Below the pieces are notes generated by a model. It had not been told where the DNA came from, did not search any database, and was given only the letters and a program-made list of their open reading frames with translations. Positions 51,991 to 63,775 of a stretch of 64,000 nt of DNA are shown piece by piece. Each line of letters starts with the position of its first letter. Position 1 is the stretch's first letter. Source of the stretch: Phoronis australis (Eukaryota; Animalia; Phoronida); NCBI GenBank assembly GCA_002633005.1, contig NMRA01000804.1, forward strand, positions 74,417 to 138,416. The letters are read 5' to 3'. The translations under genes and the position numbers were made by a program.

Positions 51991-54900
51991 CAAAACAAAC
52001 ATGACAAGTAATAGGTAACACTGAAAGCAGTAGAAAAGATAATTGTGTTTGTATTTGTATATGTCTTTGTTGTAGTAAGGATGAGTATAACAAATGCTGC
52101 ATTATTTTACAGCAGAAAATGATTGTCAACCAGAAAGAAAAAATATCAGTGAATACTGAATAGTTACTTTCAGTTTTAGCTTTATGGGACAGCAGACGAC
52201 CAATGAATAAACATCCAAGCTCTCCCTTCTCTCGGGGCAAATAAAAAGAAACGAGGAAATAAAATGAAAAGGTTCGGAGTTAAAAGCACAGCTAACTGGA
52301 CCAACTGCAGTGCCACTGCCAGTAAGGACCCCGTCAGATGAGACCGCTTCTGTCAGGTGGGCGCCCTTTTAAATAGATATCCCAGAAAGTATCCATTCAC
52401 CAGAATGTTGCAGTGTGCTCTGCAAGATTTACCCACAATGCCATGTGTCAGGCACTTGCCCCATTGTTATACACCCCTGCTGTATGAATCACCGGATGTT
52501 CCCCAAAGTCCCTGCCCTCTAAAAACTGGGTGCCACAAATGATGATCGGACTCCTGATTTTTAAATTATACTCTAAACAAAGACTTTTGTACCTTTTGAG
52601 ACACAAATAAGGAATGATTTTTAATGAAAAGGACATCCTTTTTTTCAAGTTTCAATGAAAAAACAAATATTTATATAATACATGTGTTGCAGGATGGGTA
52701 TGTCTATATGGTTATTCAGATTCAAATTAAGAGTCACGTAACTTTCCGCAGTAGGGAGATGACAAGATGAGCGATCTTGCATCATTTTTTTCAGATTCTA
52801 ATCCAATCGAGTGATTCCATAGATATGCAAATAAATGCACCTCGTGTTCTGAGTTTTATCGCATGTGCGGCAGTCTAATAATCACAATTTTGAATGCGTT
52901 TTCAAGGACCATGTTCCGCTTGGCAAAAGATAACTTTTCTTCAATTTTGGGAACCACAGAGTAGTTCTGTACTTGTCTGACAGGGGGGAAAATGACGACA
53001 AGTCATTCTGGTGTGACTTAAGGTGACATTAGGGTTAAGAAAACTGATATTCTGAGAACAGCTGCAGCGCATATTAGAACCAAGAACCTTTCTGCTGCAA
53101 CCAAATCCTCTGTTGACTATTGTATAGGCAGTAACACAGTGATTTGGTATAACACATATATTGCTTACTGAACAGATAGTAACTACATGTAACATAGTGG
53201 TCGGCATACCACTGACTGAGCCAAATCGAAGCGTATTTTACAGACAAAGTCACCAGACAGGATTTCATTTTATGTCAGGTAGACAATGGCAATAACGGGC
53301 AATTTGCAGTAAAATCTCAAGAGCACAATGGATTTCATAGTTGTATAGCTCTGGTCAAAGCTAAGAACTTCAAAAAGTCATCCCAACCACCAATAACCCC
53401 AAATATGCCTTTTGGCCATACAACAATTATGTCCCTTAAAGTTTCACTGTTGCAGAGTACGTTGTGAGGCAGACATCTACAAATTTAATAAACTTAAGCA
53501 AGTCGATAAATAGTCTTCACTTGTAAAACTTGGATAAGAACAATGTAGGGCTCTACCTTTTGAAAACTCGGTCAATTATACTATATGATTTTCACATTTC
53601 GCACAGGGTGTGAGCACCTTTAATACGGACAGACATATTACGAGTAGCAGTGCCTCAGATAATATACTTCACCTTCCCATCTGATTTCAAGCAGTGATAG
53701 GCACTGCGTGGAATGTGCTTAAATATTTGGTTATTTCAACTTGCGATTACATCATTTAATTAATGGACCGGGCACCAGCATTTTAATTGTACTATGCTAC
53801 CCTTGCGAAGTGAGTCCAGTACCTGAGAAAAATGGATCTCTGCAAGAGTTGAATTCACTGAGGTTGTGGGAATTACACTTGAACTCAATGACAGACTTGC
53901 CTCGTGGCGGATGGAAGTGGAAAAAGTGCAGTGCTGGGTAATGTAGCCCACATTGACAGTAGTACCCATTTCTCGGTAGGCCTACACACCCCTCCCCCTC
54001 TATTCCCAATTTACAAATCCCACGCTGCCTTCTCCATCAATAATTTATCATTTACAGAAACTTTCACTTATCTCAAGCATAAAACACCATTCTGTTGTGC
54101 ACTGTACACTATAATCCTGTGTTCAGTTGAGTAATCTTGAAAAATTTAGACGTCTCAGTTATAATTGACATGGAGTCACAAACAATGGAAATCATCAAAA
54201 GAGATCATCCCAATCAGTCTATTATCAGAGCTCAATAAAGTCAACTTTCTACGTTTAGGCCAACCTTTTATGTCCATCGGTCACTCACACACACAAAAAG
54301 ATCTTTAAAAGTCAAAATAAAGTCCCGGGGATTCCAATATCAAGAAGCCCACGCCCTTAATTACAAAACCGTTCATAAGATTACGTAGAACTATGAAATG
54401 TATATCTATAACAGCGGAATAGTTGTCATACAAGAACCAGAGTATTGATGGTTTTACAGGCAGTGTTTACCGCAAATCGTGCCGCGGCTGCGGGAATCAA
54501 CCACGAAACCTCAAATCAAAAGCCGGAGTACAAGCAAGAACTATTTTTGCAACAGACTTTTGTAGTCACATGTATCATCTACTTACAACAGCTTGATCGG
54601 GTAGAGACCTCAGGTGACCGTGAACAACTCTCTGCAACCAGTGTTGACAACTGTTGTAACGCACCGACCGCAACTCTTCAATGTAAAGGACACAAACCGC
54701 TGACAGCGATTTACGGACAGGTCCATTTCACACTGAGGTAGTGCAGGCTTTGTATGGGGCGACGAGCACGTCGATGCGGAAGACCGCACGAACCCGAGCG
54801 ATAACATCAATTCATGGCGTTTCGATGGAAACAGGGTTTCTCGGTATGATTCTACTGGTAACAACATAGTTTTACGATACCATACTTTTATTTTAGAGTC

Positions 54901-55443
54901 GGGTTAAAAAAACATTTGAAACACTTGTGAGAGGCTTATCTCACCAGACTGCCGGCTTACTAAGTACTGATTTCAAAAATAACATTTTTAATTAAAAATA
55001 AACTATAGAAGTAGCCGGTATAAAAAACAACTGAGCAAAAAGCCCTACCTTCAGTACGGTGCCTCCCGTTCATCACATGTTTTACTAACAGGTTCCTCTG
55101 GATACCCTAAATATACCTCGCGCATATGTCCCTTGAGATATAATGAAAATGTGTACAACAAATATGAACGAAATTTCCCGTCGCCATTGAATTCATAGAC
55201 ATGTTTTATAACTCACTTTTACTCGTTCAACTTTCCCATTCCAAATAGTCACGACACCTACCGGTACTTTTATGAGAACTTTAGTGGTTCCTTGACATCG
55301 ATTTCACAGATAATGCAAGGCACGGGTCAATTGAAACTTATTGTATGATTCAAGGGTTGACGTAGTTCTCTGCAAGTCCTTTTCTCAGAACTTCTTTGTT
55401 CTCTAAGAGGTTCCATCCAAAAGTCAGAAATGTGACTACAAAC

Positions 55444-55586
55444 AGAGGCGGATCCAGGATTTTGAGTTGGGGGTCAGGGCAGGGTATTAGCCAGGATTTT
55501 GCCCGTCAGCGCACACCCTTCCTGCCAAATGGAATTTGCCGGGGAGAATTTTAGGGGGCCATGACCCCTTTCTAAATCCGACACTG
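55444..55586 (+). mobile_element. Short GGCGGATCCAG-type MITE-like repeat
   Basis: Homologous to 11213-11357; ends ggcggatccag..taaatccgacactg. Confidence 0.6.
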
Positions 55587-56467
55587 ACAAACAGCCAAAA
55601 AAAATTGCGTTTCTTGAAGCGTTTCGGACCGCTGTCTTGTCGAATAGACTACGGATTTTTGTCTTACCTTCGAGTTGTAGATAGTTATTATAACTTTCAG
55701 CCTTGGCGTCAGTACTCTCTTCAAACAGTCTAAGCTTTCCGTATACTTAAATTTTCAGCCAAAAGCTATGCAAAAGTCAAAAGCCCCATTCTTCGAGAAA
55801 CACAGACACCTGAGGTCAAAATAAAAATGACCGGGAGCCGACAGACACCACGGAACCTGCTTACCTCGTTACGGACTTTGAAAGTTATCCTTCGCGGCAA
55901 GTGGGTACATGCAACTTTCTGTTCAAGAACCAACAAAACAAGTAAACAACTCAAAATGTCGATTCAAAAATCTGTACTTTGTAGAGTCACAAATTTTGCA
56001 ATCGAAGCCATCTTATTGCAGCAAAGATTTTTTCTCACCTCGAACTGGTTAACAAAACTACATTGCTTTTGGCTAAAAATGTGAATCATAGACATATAAG
56101 TTCCCCAAGTTTGTGCACGAACCGCTCTAAAACGTCTTAGCCAACTGACGTTCACGGATAGACAAAACGTGTTTACTTTTCAACTATTTGTTTGGCGATA
56201 TTGACATATGTATGACTTAGTCAGGTTCAGTAGCATATCCATCCTACCACTAGAATCAGTTTGTGACTACAAATTAAACTACCTGGAATTGCATTTCTGT
56301 AGGGCTTAGCTGTCAAAAAAGAAAATGAATTAAAACTGCTTTTCAGCGGCTTAAAGGCTCAGAAGAAGGGCACCTTAATATCGTGATATTCCGTGATACC
56401 GAGGTTTTATACAGTGTATTTGTTTACAAAAGCATTCAACCTGTCAGCAACCCAAGAAACTCATCTG

Positions 56468-56874
56468 GGCCCGGTCTCTAATCTTTGTACTCGAAACGAA
56501 CTCGAAACTATTTTTGGCAATTTCTCTGCTCCTTTTGTGCGAACTTAAGATAATTGGTTATCAGACTGTGCTCGAATGCATTATAGTTTATGCATAGGAG
56601 TTTCTAGTTCAAGTTTGCCCTTGACGACCCTTATATTCGTGCTACAAACTCGAGTAAAAACTTGAAATTTAGAGTTCAAACTCGAACTTATTGCTTTAAT
56701 GTTGGGTTTATAAACTGTGAACTAAGGGCAATAAATTATCTACGTAAGTTATTGTGTACTCGAGCATAGAATAATAGACACTTATCTTGAGTTCGCCCAA
56801 AAGTAGAGTAGAAAATGCCAAACCTACTAGTAATTTCGAGTTCCATTTCGAGTAAAAAGATTGGAGACCGGGCT
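56468..56874 (+). mobile_element. MITE, PIF/Harbinger-like, CTG target-site duplication (copy 1)
   Basis: ~40-bp TIR GGCCCGGTCTCTAATCTTTGTACTCGAAA..; CTG on both sides; second copy at 59892-60288. Confidence 0.85.
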
Positions 56875-58059
56875 CTGGTCGAGTTTATTGAAGTTTGCCA
56901 ACTCTAACATGATTGCAAATCCAACAGTTGTGTATGTGTATTATTGCCTATAATTTGAATTGCCACAAACTCGAATCTCAAGGTGTTAACTGCGAATTGT
57001 TCCTTTAAATAATAATTGCGTTCAGATTGGATTTCACTGGCCGTGTAGTTTTTGTCTAACACGAACTGTGGCTTTGTTCATGTTCAATTACTGTTCAGTC
57101 TTTACGTTTCAATTTGGAAGTTTTCCACACAATGAAAAACTAATAGGTTAAACATAACGTTTGATCATCTGCCGCNAAAATCATCTGTTTCTTTTTAAAC
57201 GAAACTTAAGTCCTGAAATTAGTCCTTGGAAGGAGGCCAAAAACGGCGGTTTAGCTAGTTGTCCCTTCCTGGTTATCTCTTCCTGATACTACATACAGTT
57301 TTCAAATAATCAGGCAAAATTTTCGCCTAGTTTACTCTTGTTGAAAACTTTGATTAAAAAAGTTTTACTGTTCTGCCCCATTGTGTTCAATTCTAAGAAA
57401 TTTTACCGTACTTTTTTCATGGAAGCTCATTGGTAGCTAGACGCGGACGCTATGACATGGAGATCTGAAACGCGGTTCGCCCTGTTTAGTCTAGTCGAAA
57501 AATGCCTCCCCCGTACACCCCTCGGACTTCAATTTCTAAGTTGAATTTTTATGAAGGAAAACATGTGAGGAAACCGAAAAATGTTGTTAACAAGTCGAAA
57601 ATGTCCCACGTATGTTTCTATGTAAATTAGTACTGCCTTAACCCATTCTGCATTATTTCGCAATTAGGTCGCCGACCATTTCATATAATTGAAAGAACTA
57701 AGTGTCTGGACTTATGTTTTGTGGGTCAAACATCGCATTAGAACTACAAGTAAGTGATAAAAGCTGTCTTATGCATGGCACAAGTAAAAATACTCAACAT
57801 ATGGAACAGAAATACTGTGTGGAGCATGAAAGTCCGCTATTTTTATCTAAATTCAGAACTTAGATGTTGACGGCATAAATGAAACTTAAACAAACTTTGA
57901 TATTATGTAAATGTTGTAGTCCAACCAAAGATATATTTTAGGTTTGTAAATGAAACACAATGTTTCTCATCTTTTAAAAAGAGAAACGTTATTTCTTAGA
58001 CAGAGTCACATGATACTGAAGTTAAAACACCTTGAATACAAAATAACGTCAAAATATAC

Positions 58060-58462
58060 ATACCGGCTGTTGACATGTGTGTCACTCGGTGCAAATCCAG
58101 TACTGCATGGGGACAGGGAAAGAGACAATAGAAAGACTCTTAATGGAACGGTTCTTAGAGCAAGATGACATCCCCATAGCGGATTCTTCTCGACATAACC
58201 CAAGCTTGTAGTCATGGGCATCTCGGTGAAGCCTTGAAAGATCATTCAACTTACTATGCCATCGGGAAGTTAGTATCTTTTGTTTGCGGAGATGTTGGCT
58301 GAAAGCCATCTTGGAAAGACAGCTGCCTATTGGATGTCATTCATCAACCATTGTCACGTGGTCTTCATGCTCCAGCACTCAACTTGCAGCTGCTCCGCAA
58401 ATGTATTGGAGACATGGCAGAACTCTTCTTTGCATTCGATGGCCATAACGTACTATTCAAGG
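58060..58462 (+). pseudogene. Frameshifted transposase remnant, probably Academ-like
   Basis: Mixed frames give ETIERLLMERF, HLGKTAAYWMSFI, NLQLLRKCIGDMAELFFAFDGHN(YSR); family assigned from recalled FFAxDHxNYAR motif. Confidence 0.55.
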
Positions 58463-58526
58463 TTGGTAAATAGTTTTAATAGTTTTGGCATAATATTGCA
58501 TGTAGCGTTCTTTATTGAAGTTCTAT

Positions 58527-58637
58527 TACCGGGCTTTTCCGTAGATAAAGCCCTGGGCGTGTTTTCGGAAAATGAAAATTTTCAGGCATTTTAGTAACAC
58601 CAATAAACGCCCGGGCGTTTATTCGAAAAATGGGGGT
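58527..58637. mobile_element. Degenerate short MITE with perfect 22-bp palindrome
   Basis: aataaacgcccgggcgtttatt at 58602-58623. Confidence 0.4.
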
Positions 58638-58716
58638 GTGTAAACGGAAAGTCATAATTTTGGCTACGTAAATACCAGCATGATGCGCGAAACGTATTTT
58701 TGTAAGTGACACATAT

Positions 58717-58886
58717 TGTCCGACGGTCATGTTCAGTCCCCGGCGGTCCTGTTTTCTGGTGGGGCGATCATGTTTTTAGGTGCGTCAGTCCCATTTTCTG
58801 GTGCGACGGTCCCATTTGATCCCCGGAGGTCCTGTTTTGGGTCAGTCCGATTTAGAGGACCGGCGGTCATGTTGTTTCTCACCCGT
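58717..58886. repeat. Transposon-end-like segment with internal cggtc motifs; second copy 59857-60428 is interrupted by a MITE
   Basis: cagtccccggcggtcctgttttctggtgggg..gaccggcggtc..tttctcaccc present twice. Confidence 0.8.
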
Positions 58887-59891
58887 GATTACATCCCCGA
58901 AATTTCCCACAGCACGGATATAGTTCTGCTCGTCACCTCGTCACGTGAAACTTATATCAACATGTAGAGCTAGCGAACGGAGCAGGCGCATGCAGAATCT
59001 AGGAGTCATCAACACTCACCTTGCAGGTTGCAGCCGCTTGAGTGAAAAACAATGTAATGAACACCATTTGTTTGCCTATTGTACTAAACAAAAGTTTGTC
59101 GCGCTCGTGACATGAGCACGCGTCATTTCCTAAAATTTTGCGTGATCTTTCGGAAGATGATGACTCAACTAAGCAGCAACATCGATTTGTTCTGAAATTC
59201 GGTTTGCTGGTATTAAAATACTAAAAACGTATGACGAAATGAAATCAGTTCCGATAATTTGTTGTGCCATGTACGCAACGTCGTAGAAGAGAAGAGCTGA
59301 CTGAAGAGTCGGTGAAAAAAGGAACTGGTCAATGTTAGCCAACCTAAAAGAACGCGTCTCAAGCAGAATAACGACAGAAGAACAAATTTCCCGGCGAGAG
59401 CCGATAAATAATTTAGTTTACTCTAGGAAGAGTGTCGTTAATAACACTAATTCGTTGAAGGTTTTATATGTGCAGTGTTCTACCCACATCCGCGCCAAGC
59501 TGTATATTTAGTATACTGCTTTGCCGCACAAAGGCTAGTTATGATGCTTCATCCGAGAACCAGAACGCCCGTTTTAATTTTTTTTTTGACTAAAACGTCA
59601 CATTGGAGAAAATGATTTTCATTTTGTTCTAAAACTTACGCAGTGCATAATTATTTAGCTCAAAAGCGTGCAACGTGGTTTGTGGTTAAAACTCAAAAAC
59701 GCCGCGTGTTACAAAGCGAAGGGTCCTGTAGCACACAAAAGATTTCGTTGGATTAATTGGCACAAGACCTGCATATGCATACGTATATAGCTCCATTGTA
59801 TGATCTGTGTAGGCCTACTGGTAATAAATCTTAGCTTGTTTGTCATTGCAGTTTCAATCCCCGGCGGTCATATCAGTCCCAGGCGGTCCTG

Positions 59892-60288
59892 GGCCCGGTC
59901 TCCAATCTTTTTATTCGAAATGGAACTCGAAACTGGGTTTGGCATTTTCTACTCTACTTTTGGGCGAACCCAAGATAAGTGTCTATTATTCAATGCTGGA
60001 ATACACAATAACTTACGTAGATTATTTATTGCCCTTAGTTCACAGTTTGTAAACCCAATATTAAAGCAATTCGAGTTTGAACTCGAAATTTCGAGTTTTT
60101 ACTCGAGTTAGTAGCACGAATATAAGGGTCTTCAAGGGCAAACTTGAACTAGAAACTCCTATGCATAAACTATAATGTATTCGAGCACAGTCTGATAACC
60201 AATTATCTTAAGTTCGCACAAAAGGAGCACAGAAATTGCCAAAAATAGTTTCAAGTTCGTTTTGAGTACAAAGATTAGAGACCGGGCC
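59892..60288 (-). mobile_element. MITE, PIF/Harbinger-like, CTG TSD (copy 2, inverted relative to copy 1)
   Basis: ctg|GGCCCGGTCTC...GAGACCGGGCC|ctg; empty site visible at ~58748. Confidence 0.9.
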
Positions 60289-60428
60289 CTGTTTTCTGGT
60301 GGGGTGGTAATTTTTTAGGTGCGTCAGTCCCATTTTCTGGTGTGACGGTCCCATTTGATCCCCGGAGGTCCTGTTTTGGGTGAGTCGGTCCGATTTAACA
60401 GGACCGGCGGTCGTGCTGTTTCTCACCC

Positions 60429-60770
60429 TTGATTGTGTTAGCAACAATCACCAAGCCAATCCAGTTAGTTTTATCTGCAGAGAAACTAATAAGGAATTAC
60501 TGTACATTAAAGAGTCACTGGCTATTCAGAATCAGCATGCTACTGATTCTCTCAACAACATGCAGAGCTCAGCGAGCCTGCAACTACGGTGATGACTAGG
60601 TACTGACTACTCAGTATCTCTCACTTCACTTCATGGATGTCACCTGAGATGTATGTTGACACCTGTTGTCCTGTGTAAATATCCTGATGATGTCTAACGA
60701 ATAGACGAAACGTTGATTCAACACGAACTTCTTCATTTGTGCAGCGATCGTCTGGTTTTTAATCTTGGCT
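60429..60770 (+). mobile_element. 3' end (pLTR-like) of a Penelope-like element: GIY-YIG C-terminus plus 3' UTR
   Basis: CVSNNH..FICRETNKELLYIKESLAIQ..SLNNMQSSASLQLR* (stop ends 60592) followed by a hammerhead motif. Confidence 0.75.
60681..60717 (+). ncRNA. Minimal type I hammerhead ribozyme (Penelope-associated)
   Basis: ATC-CTGATGA-T-GTCTA[ACGAA]TAGAC-GAAA-CG-TT-GAT: core boxes, 5-bp stem II, palindromic AACGTT stem III, 3-bp stem I. Confidence 0.8.
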
Positions 60771-60789
60771 GTGGCCAAGAACTGATTTA

Positions 60790-61716
60790 ATCTAAAGAAA
60801 GAACTAAACCGTTTAATTAAACTAACTAATGTTCACAAAAAGGATTTCAGAATTGTTGAGGGTGATTTTCAGAAGGATACTTGTACTGTATTAAACTCTA
60901 AAACACATAAGCCTGGGTATCCACTAACACCCATCATTTCTCAAGTGTTAACCCCTACCTACGAGATTGCTAAAATTCTAGAACAACTCATCAAACAATA
61001 CTTACCTTATAAGCACAATGTGAAATCTCGTGATGAATTTTAAGATTTATTAAGATCCATTGACGCAACGCCAAATTCCTATCCTATATCTCTTGACGTT
61101 GAAAGTTTATTTACTAACGTCCCTGTAGTCGAAATTGTGGAAATTATCATCTCTTTTATGTATAGCCATGTATCAATGGCTCCTCCAAGTATTCCTAAAG
61201 AGGTAATACGATATTTGCTGTTACTTTGTCCTACAAAAGTACCATTTAGAAACATCAATGACACACTGTTTTTACAAACCAATGATGTATCCATGGGATC
61301 ACCTCTTGGACCAACTTTTGCTAACTTTTACAAGTGCAACCTTGAAACTAAGGTTATCGACAGTCTTCAAGAAAAGCTGAACATGTACTGCGGGTATGTT
61401 GATATTTTTATGATTGTCAACCATGATAAGCTGATGGAGATCAAACTGGCTTTAGAGCAAAATTCTGTATTAAAATTCACGCACGAATTACCAGTTAGCA
61501 ACAAGCTTCCGTTCCCAGACGTACTTACTGATTATGATGAATCTGCCATTAAAACCTCAGTACACAGGAAACCTACAAATGACGGGGTTTGTTTACACGA
61601 AACCAGCCAATGTCCTCTGAGATATAAGCTCCCTGTTTTGAAAAGCTTTTTGAAAAGAGCATATTCCGTTTGCTCAGACTGGGAAACCTTCAACACTGAG
61701 TGTAATCGCATCAAGC
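60790..61716 (+). pseudogene. Penelope-like reverse transcriptase fragment (stops/frameshifts), cut by gap at 61717
   Basis: KTHKPGYPLTPIISQ, SLDVESLFTNVP, VSMGSPLGPTFANFY, LKFTHE, TSVHRKPT; catalytic YxDD degraded to YVD. Confidence 0.88.
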
Positions 61717-61717
61717 N

Positions 61718-61889
61718 ATGCCGTCCCATTCATGAATGGAACATATGTGCCAAATTTCATGAACGTATGTCAAAGGGTTTTGGATATAGAGCACCGGACG
61801 CCGGACGCCAGACACCGGACGCCGGACGGACGGACGGACGGAGACGACGGCATAATGCGTCCACATATAAATATGTGGGCGCATAAAAA
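61718..61889 (-). mobile_element. Terminus of the same Helentron-associated element family
   Basis: Highly similar to 39077-39233, with (GGAC)n and intact stem ATGCGTCCACATAT-AA-ATATGTGGGCGCAT-AAAAA. Confidence 0.85.
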
Positions 61890-62150
61890 TTCATCACGAG
61901 ATTTCACATTGTAATTATAAGGTTAGTATTATTTAATAAGATTATCTAATGTTTTAGCAATTTCATAGGTAGAAATGATGGGTCTTAGTGGGTACCCTTG
62001 CTTGTGTGTTTTAGGGTTATCTTATAAGTAAGTATCCGTCTGAAAAATCACCCTCAACAATTTTGAAATACTGTTTGTGAACATTAGCTAGTTTAATTAA
62101 ACGGTTTAGCTCTTTCTTAAGATTATTTATGGGGTTAGGATTTATACTTT
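61886..62150 (-). mobile_element. Penelope-like RT N-terminal fragment, inverted paralogue of 60790-61045
   Basis: Reverse complement aligns: ctaaaccgtttaattaaacta..aattgttgagggtgatttt..caatgtgaaatctcgtgatgaatttt. Confidence 0.85.
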
Positions 62151-62169
62151 CAAACTATATATATATGTA

Positions 62170-63550
62170 TATGTACGACACTTTTCATTGTTCACAGTTT
62201 TTATTCCGTTACGTTCGTACTTTCGGAACAAAACTCTACTCTCAACTGAACATCGATACAGTAACTGACCAAGCGACACAATTAAAAGACACACGATATT
62301 TCGAAACATACAAGTGAAGATAAAATGACGCAGTAATGCCACCACAGAGTATAAGCTGACGACACACACAGTGAGACACGGCGGATGTGAAATACTGCAA
62401 AGAATGACTAATGAAAGGGGGTAACGGGAAAGTCACGCAAACAAGTGTAACGTGCGGCGCGACCCTGTTTGCTGCTCATTCAAAATAAGCTTCTCAAAAG
62501 CAATTAAAAGGGACTCTAATACTTTCAAACGCAGCACATCTTGCTCCACGTAGCGAATTGACGTGTTTTCCACAATTTCTTGACGGGTGGTTTTACGAGC
62601 GTGGCATTGCAGAAAATGATCTTGAATGGCGCCATTTTGAAGATGCATGGATAACCGATGGGAAAGACTGCAAACCGTTTGACCAATGTAACAATGACGT
62701 TTGAACGAAGACATTCGTTCATAGGGCATACAAACTCATAAACAACACTACACTGTGCAACGGGACGGACTTTCGTTTTAGAAATGTTATTTTTCAAGTT
62801 GGAGGACTTCCTATTCCGATAATAAATAATAACATCGAGGTGATCATCAGGCTTACAAACTTTAACATTGTCCCTTACAATTTTCTTAATGGCGTGTTCG
62901 TCCTGGAGGTAATTATTTGACATGACATTTTTGTAAAATATCTTTTTGGTGACACCGGTCCGACGTGCAGGGACTTCATAGCTAAATCTGGACACAAATC
63001 GCTTAATATGGAAATCCACAAAAGCATTGGTATACCCATTATTCACCTCTTGATTGAACAATAGCCAGTTGGACGACACCGAATACGCCCTCTTTAGGAA
63101 GTTGACCACAACGGCGACCTTATACCGCTCAGGGAACTCACTTCTGGCGTGGAGACGGAAGCTTTTATCAGTAGGCTTGTGGTAAACTGATGTAGAAAAT
63201 TCAGATGGAGAATGGTTCACAAGAACGTCCAAAAACGGAATCTTGTCATTTACAGGAAGCTCGTGGGTAAACTTCAATACAGAGTGACGCTCAAGTTCAT
63301 CACGTACTGTTAACAAGTCATCAAAGGCACAATAAACAAAAATATCATCTGCATAACGTACATAGATAGGAATACCACCAATCACATTGCTAGCCCTTTT
63401 TCCACTTCAGACATATAAAATTCCGAGAAAGTGGGACCCAGAGGAGAGCCCATGCTCACACCATCTTTTTGCAAAAACAATTTCCCATTTATTTGGCGAA
63501 ATGGTACTTTGGTTGTACTAGTTTAATTTCAGTTCTTTCAAACTCTCTAA
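62170..63550 (-). mobile_element. 5'-truncated Penelope-like element: RT (YADD) plus C-terminal GIY-YIG endonuclease, frameshifted, with 3' UTR ending at (TA)n
   Basis: GVSMGSPLGPTFS, YVRYADDIF, IPFLDVL, VVYEFVCPMNEC..YIGQT..RLSMHLQNGAIQDHFLQCH..LESLLI..LNEQ; stop 62435-62433. Confidence 0.9.
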
Positions 63551-63679
63551 ACAGAGATCTTGTCTTTACATCACAACAGTGCAATAAAAATCCAAACGAC
63601 ATCAGTAGGTATCATAATTTAAATGTAGATTATACCACAATATTAGCCTCGAATGGCAGATACAACCGTGTAATAACCC

Positions 63680-63775
63680 ATAAAGTTATCTCACCAGTGA
63701 GATAACATTTTGGCGGGAAACCGAGGCCGGATTCGAACCCGGGCCCCAACCACTCAGCGGCTGACGTCATCAAAC
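63680..63775 (-). mobile_element. tRNA-derived SINE-like segment
   Basis: Perfect B box GGTTCGAATCC (63739-63729) in a T-arm-like stem; no complete cloverleaf. Confidence 0.45.

Noticed and set aside
61717-61886. C-terminal extension of the 249-aa RT ORF (APDAGRQTPDAGRTDGRRRR)
   Set aside because: Read-through across an N into the Helentron microsatellite, not part of the RT
62433-63550. Naiad-type selenoprotein-encoding Penelope element
   Set aside because: Endonuclease is C-terminal (Naiads have it N-terminal), and interruptions are frameshifts rather than in-frame TGA at Cys positions
63700-63775. Genuine tRNA gene
   Set aside because: B box and T arm present, but D arm, anticodon arm and acceptor stem cannot be folded
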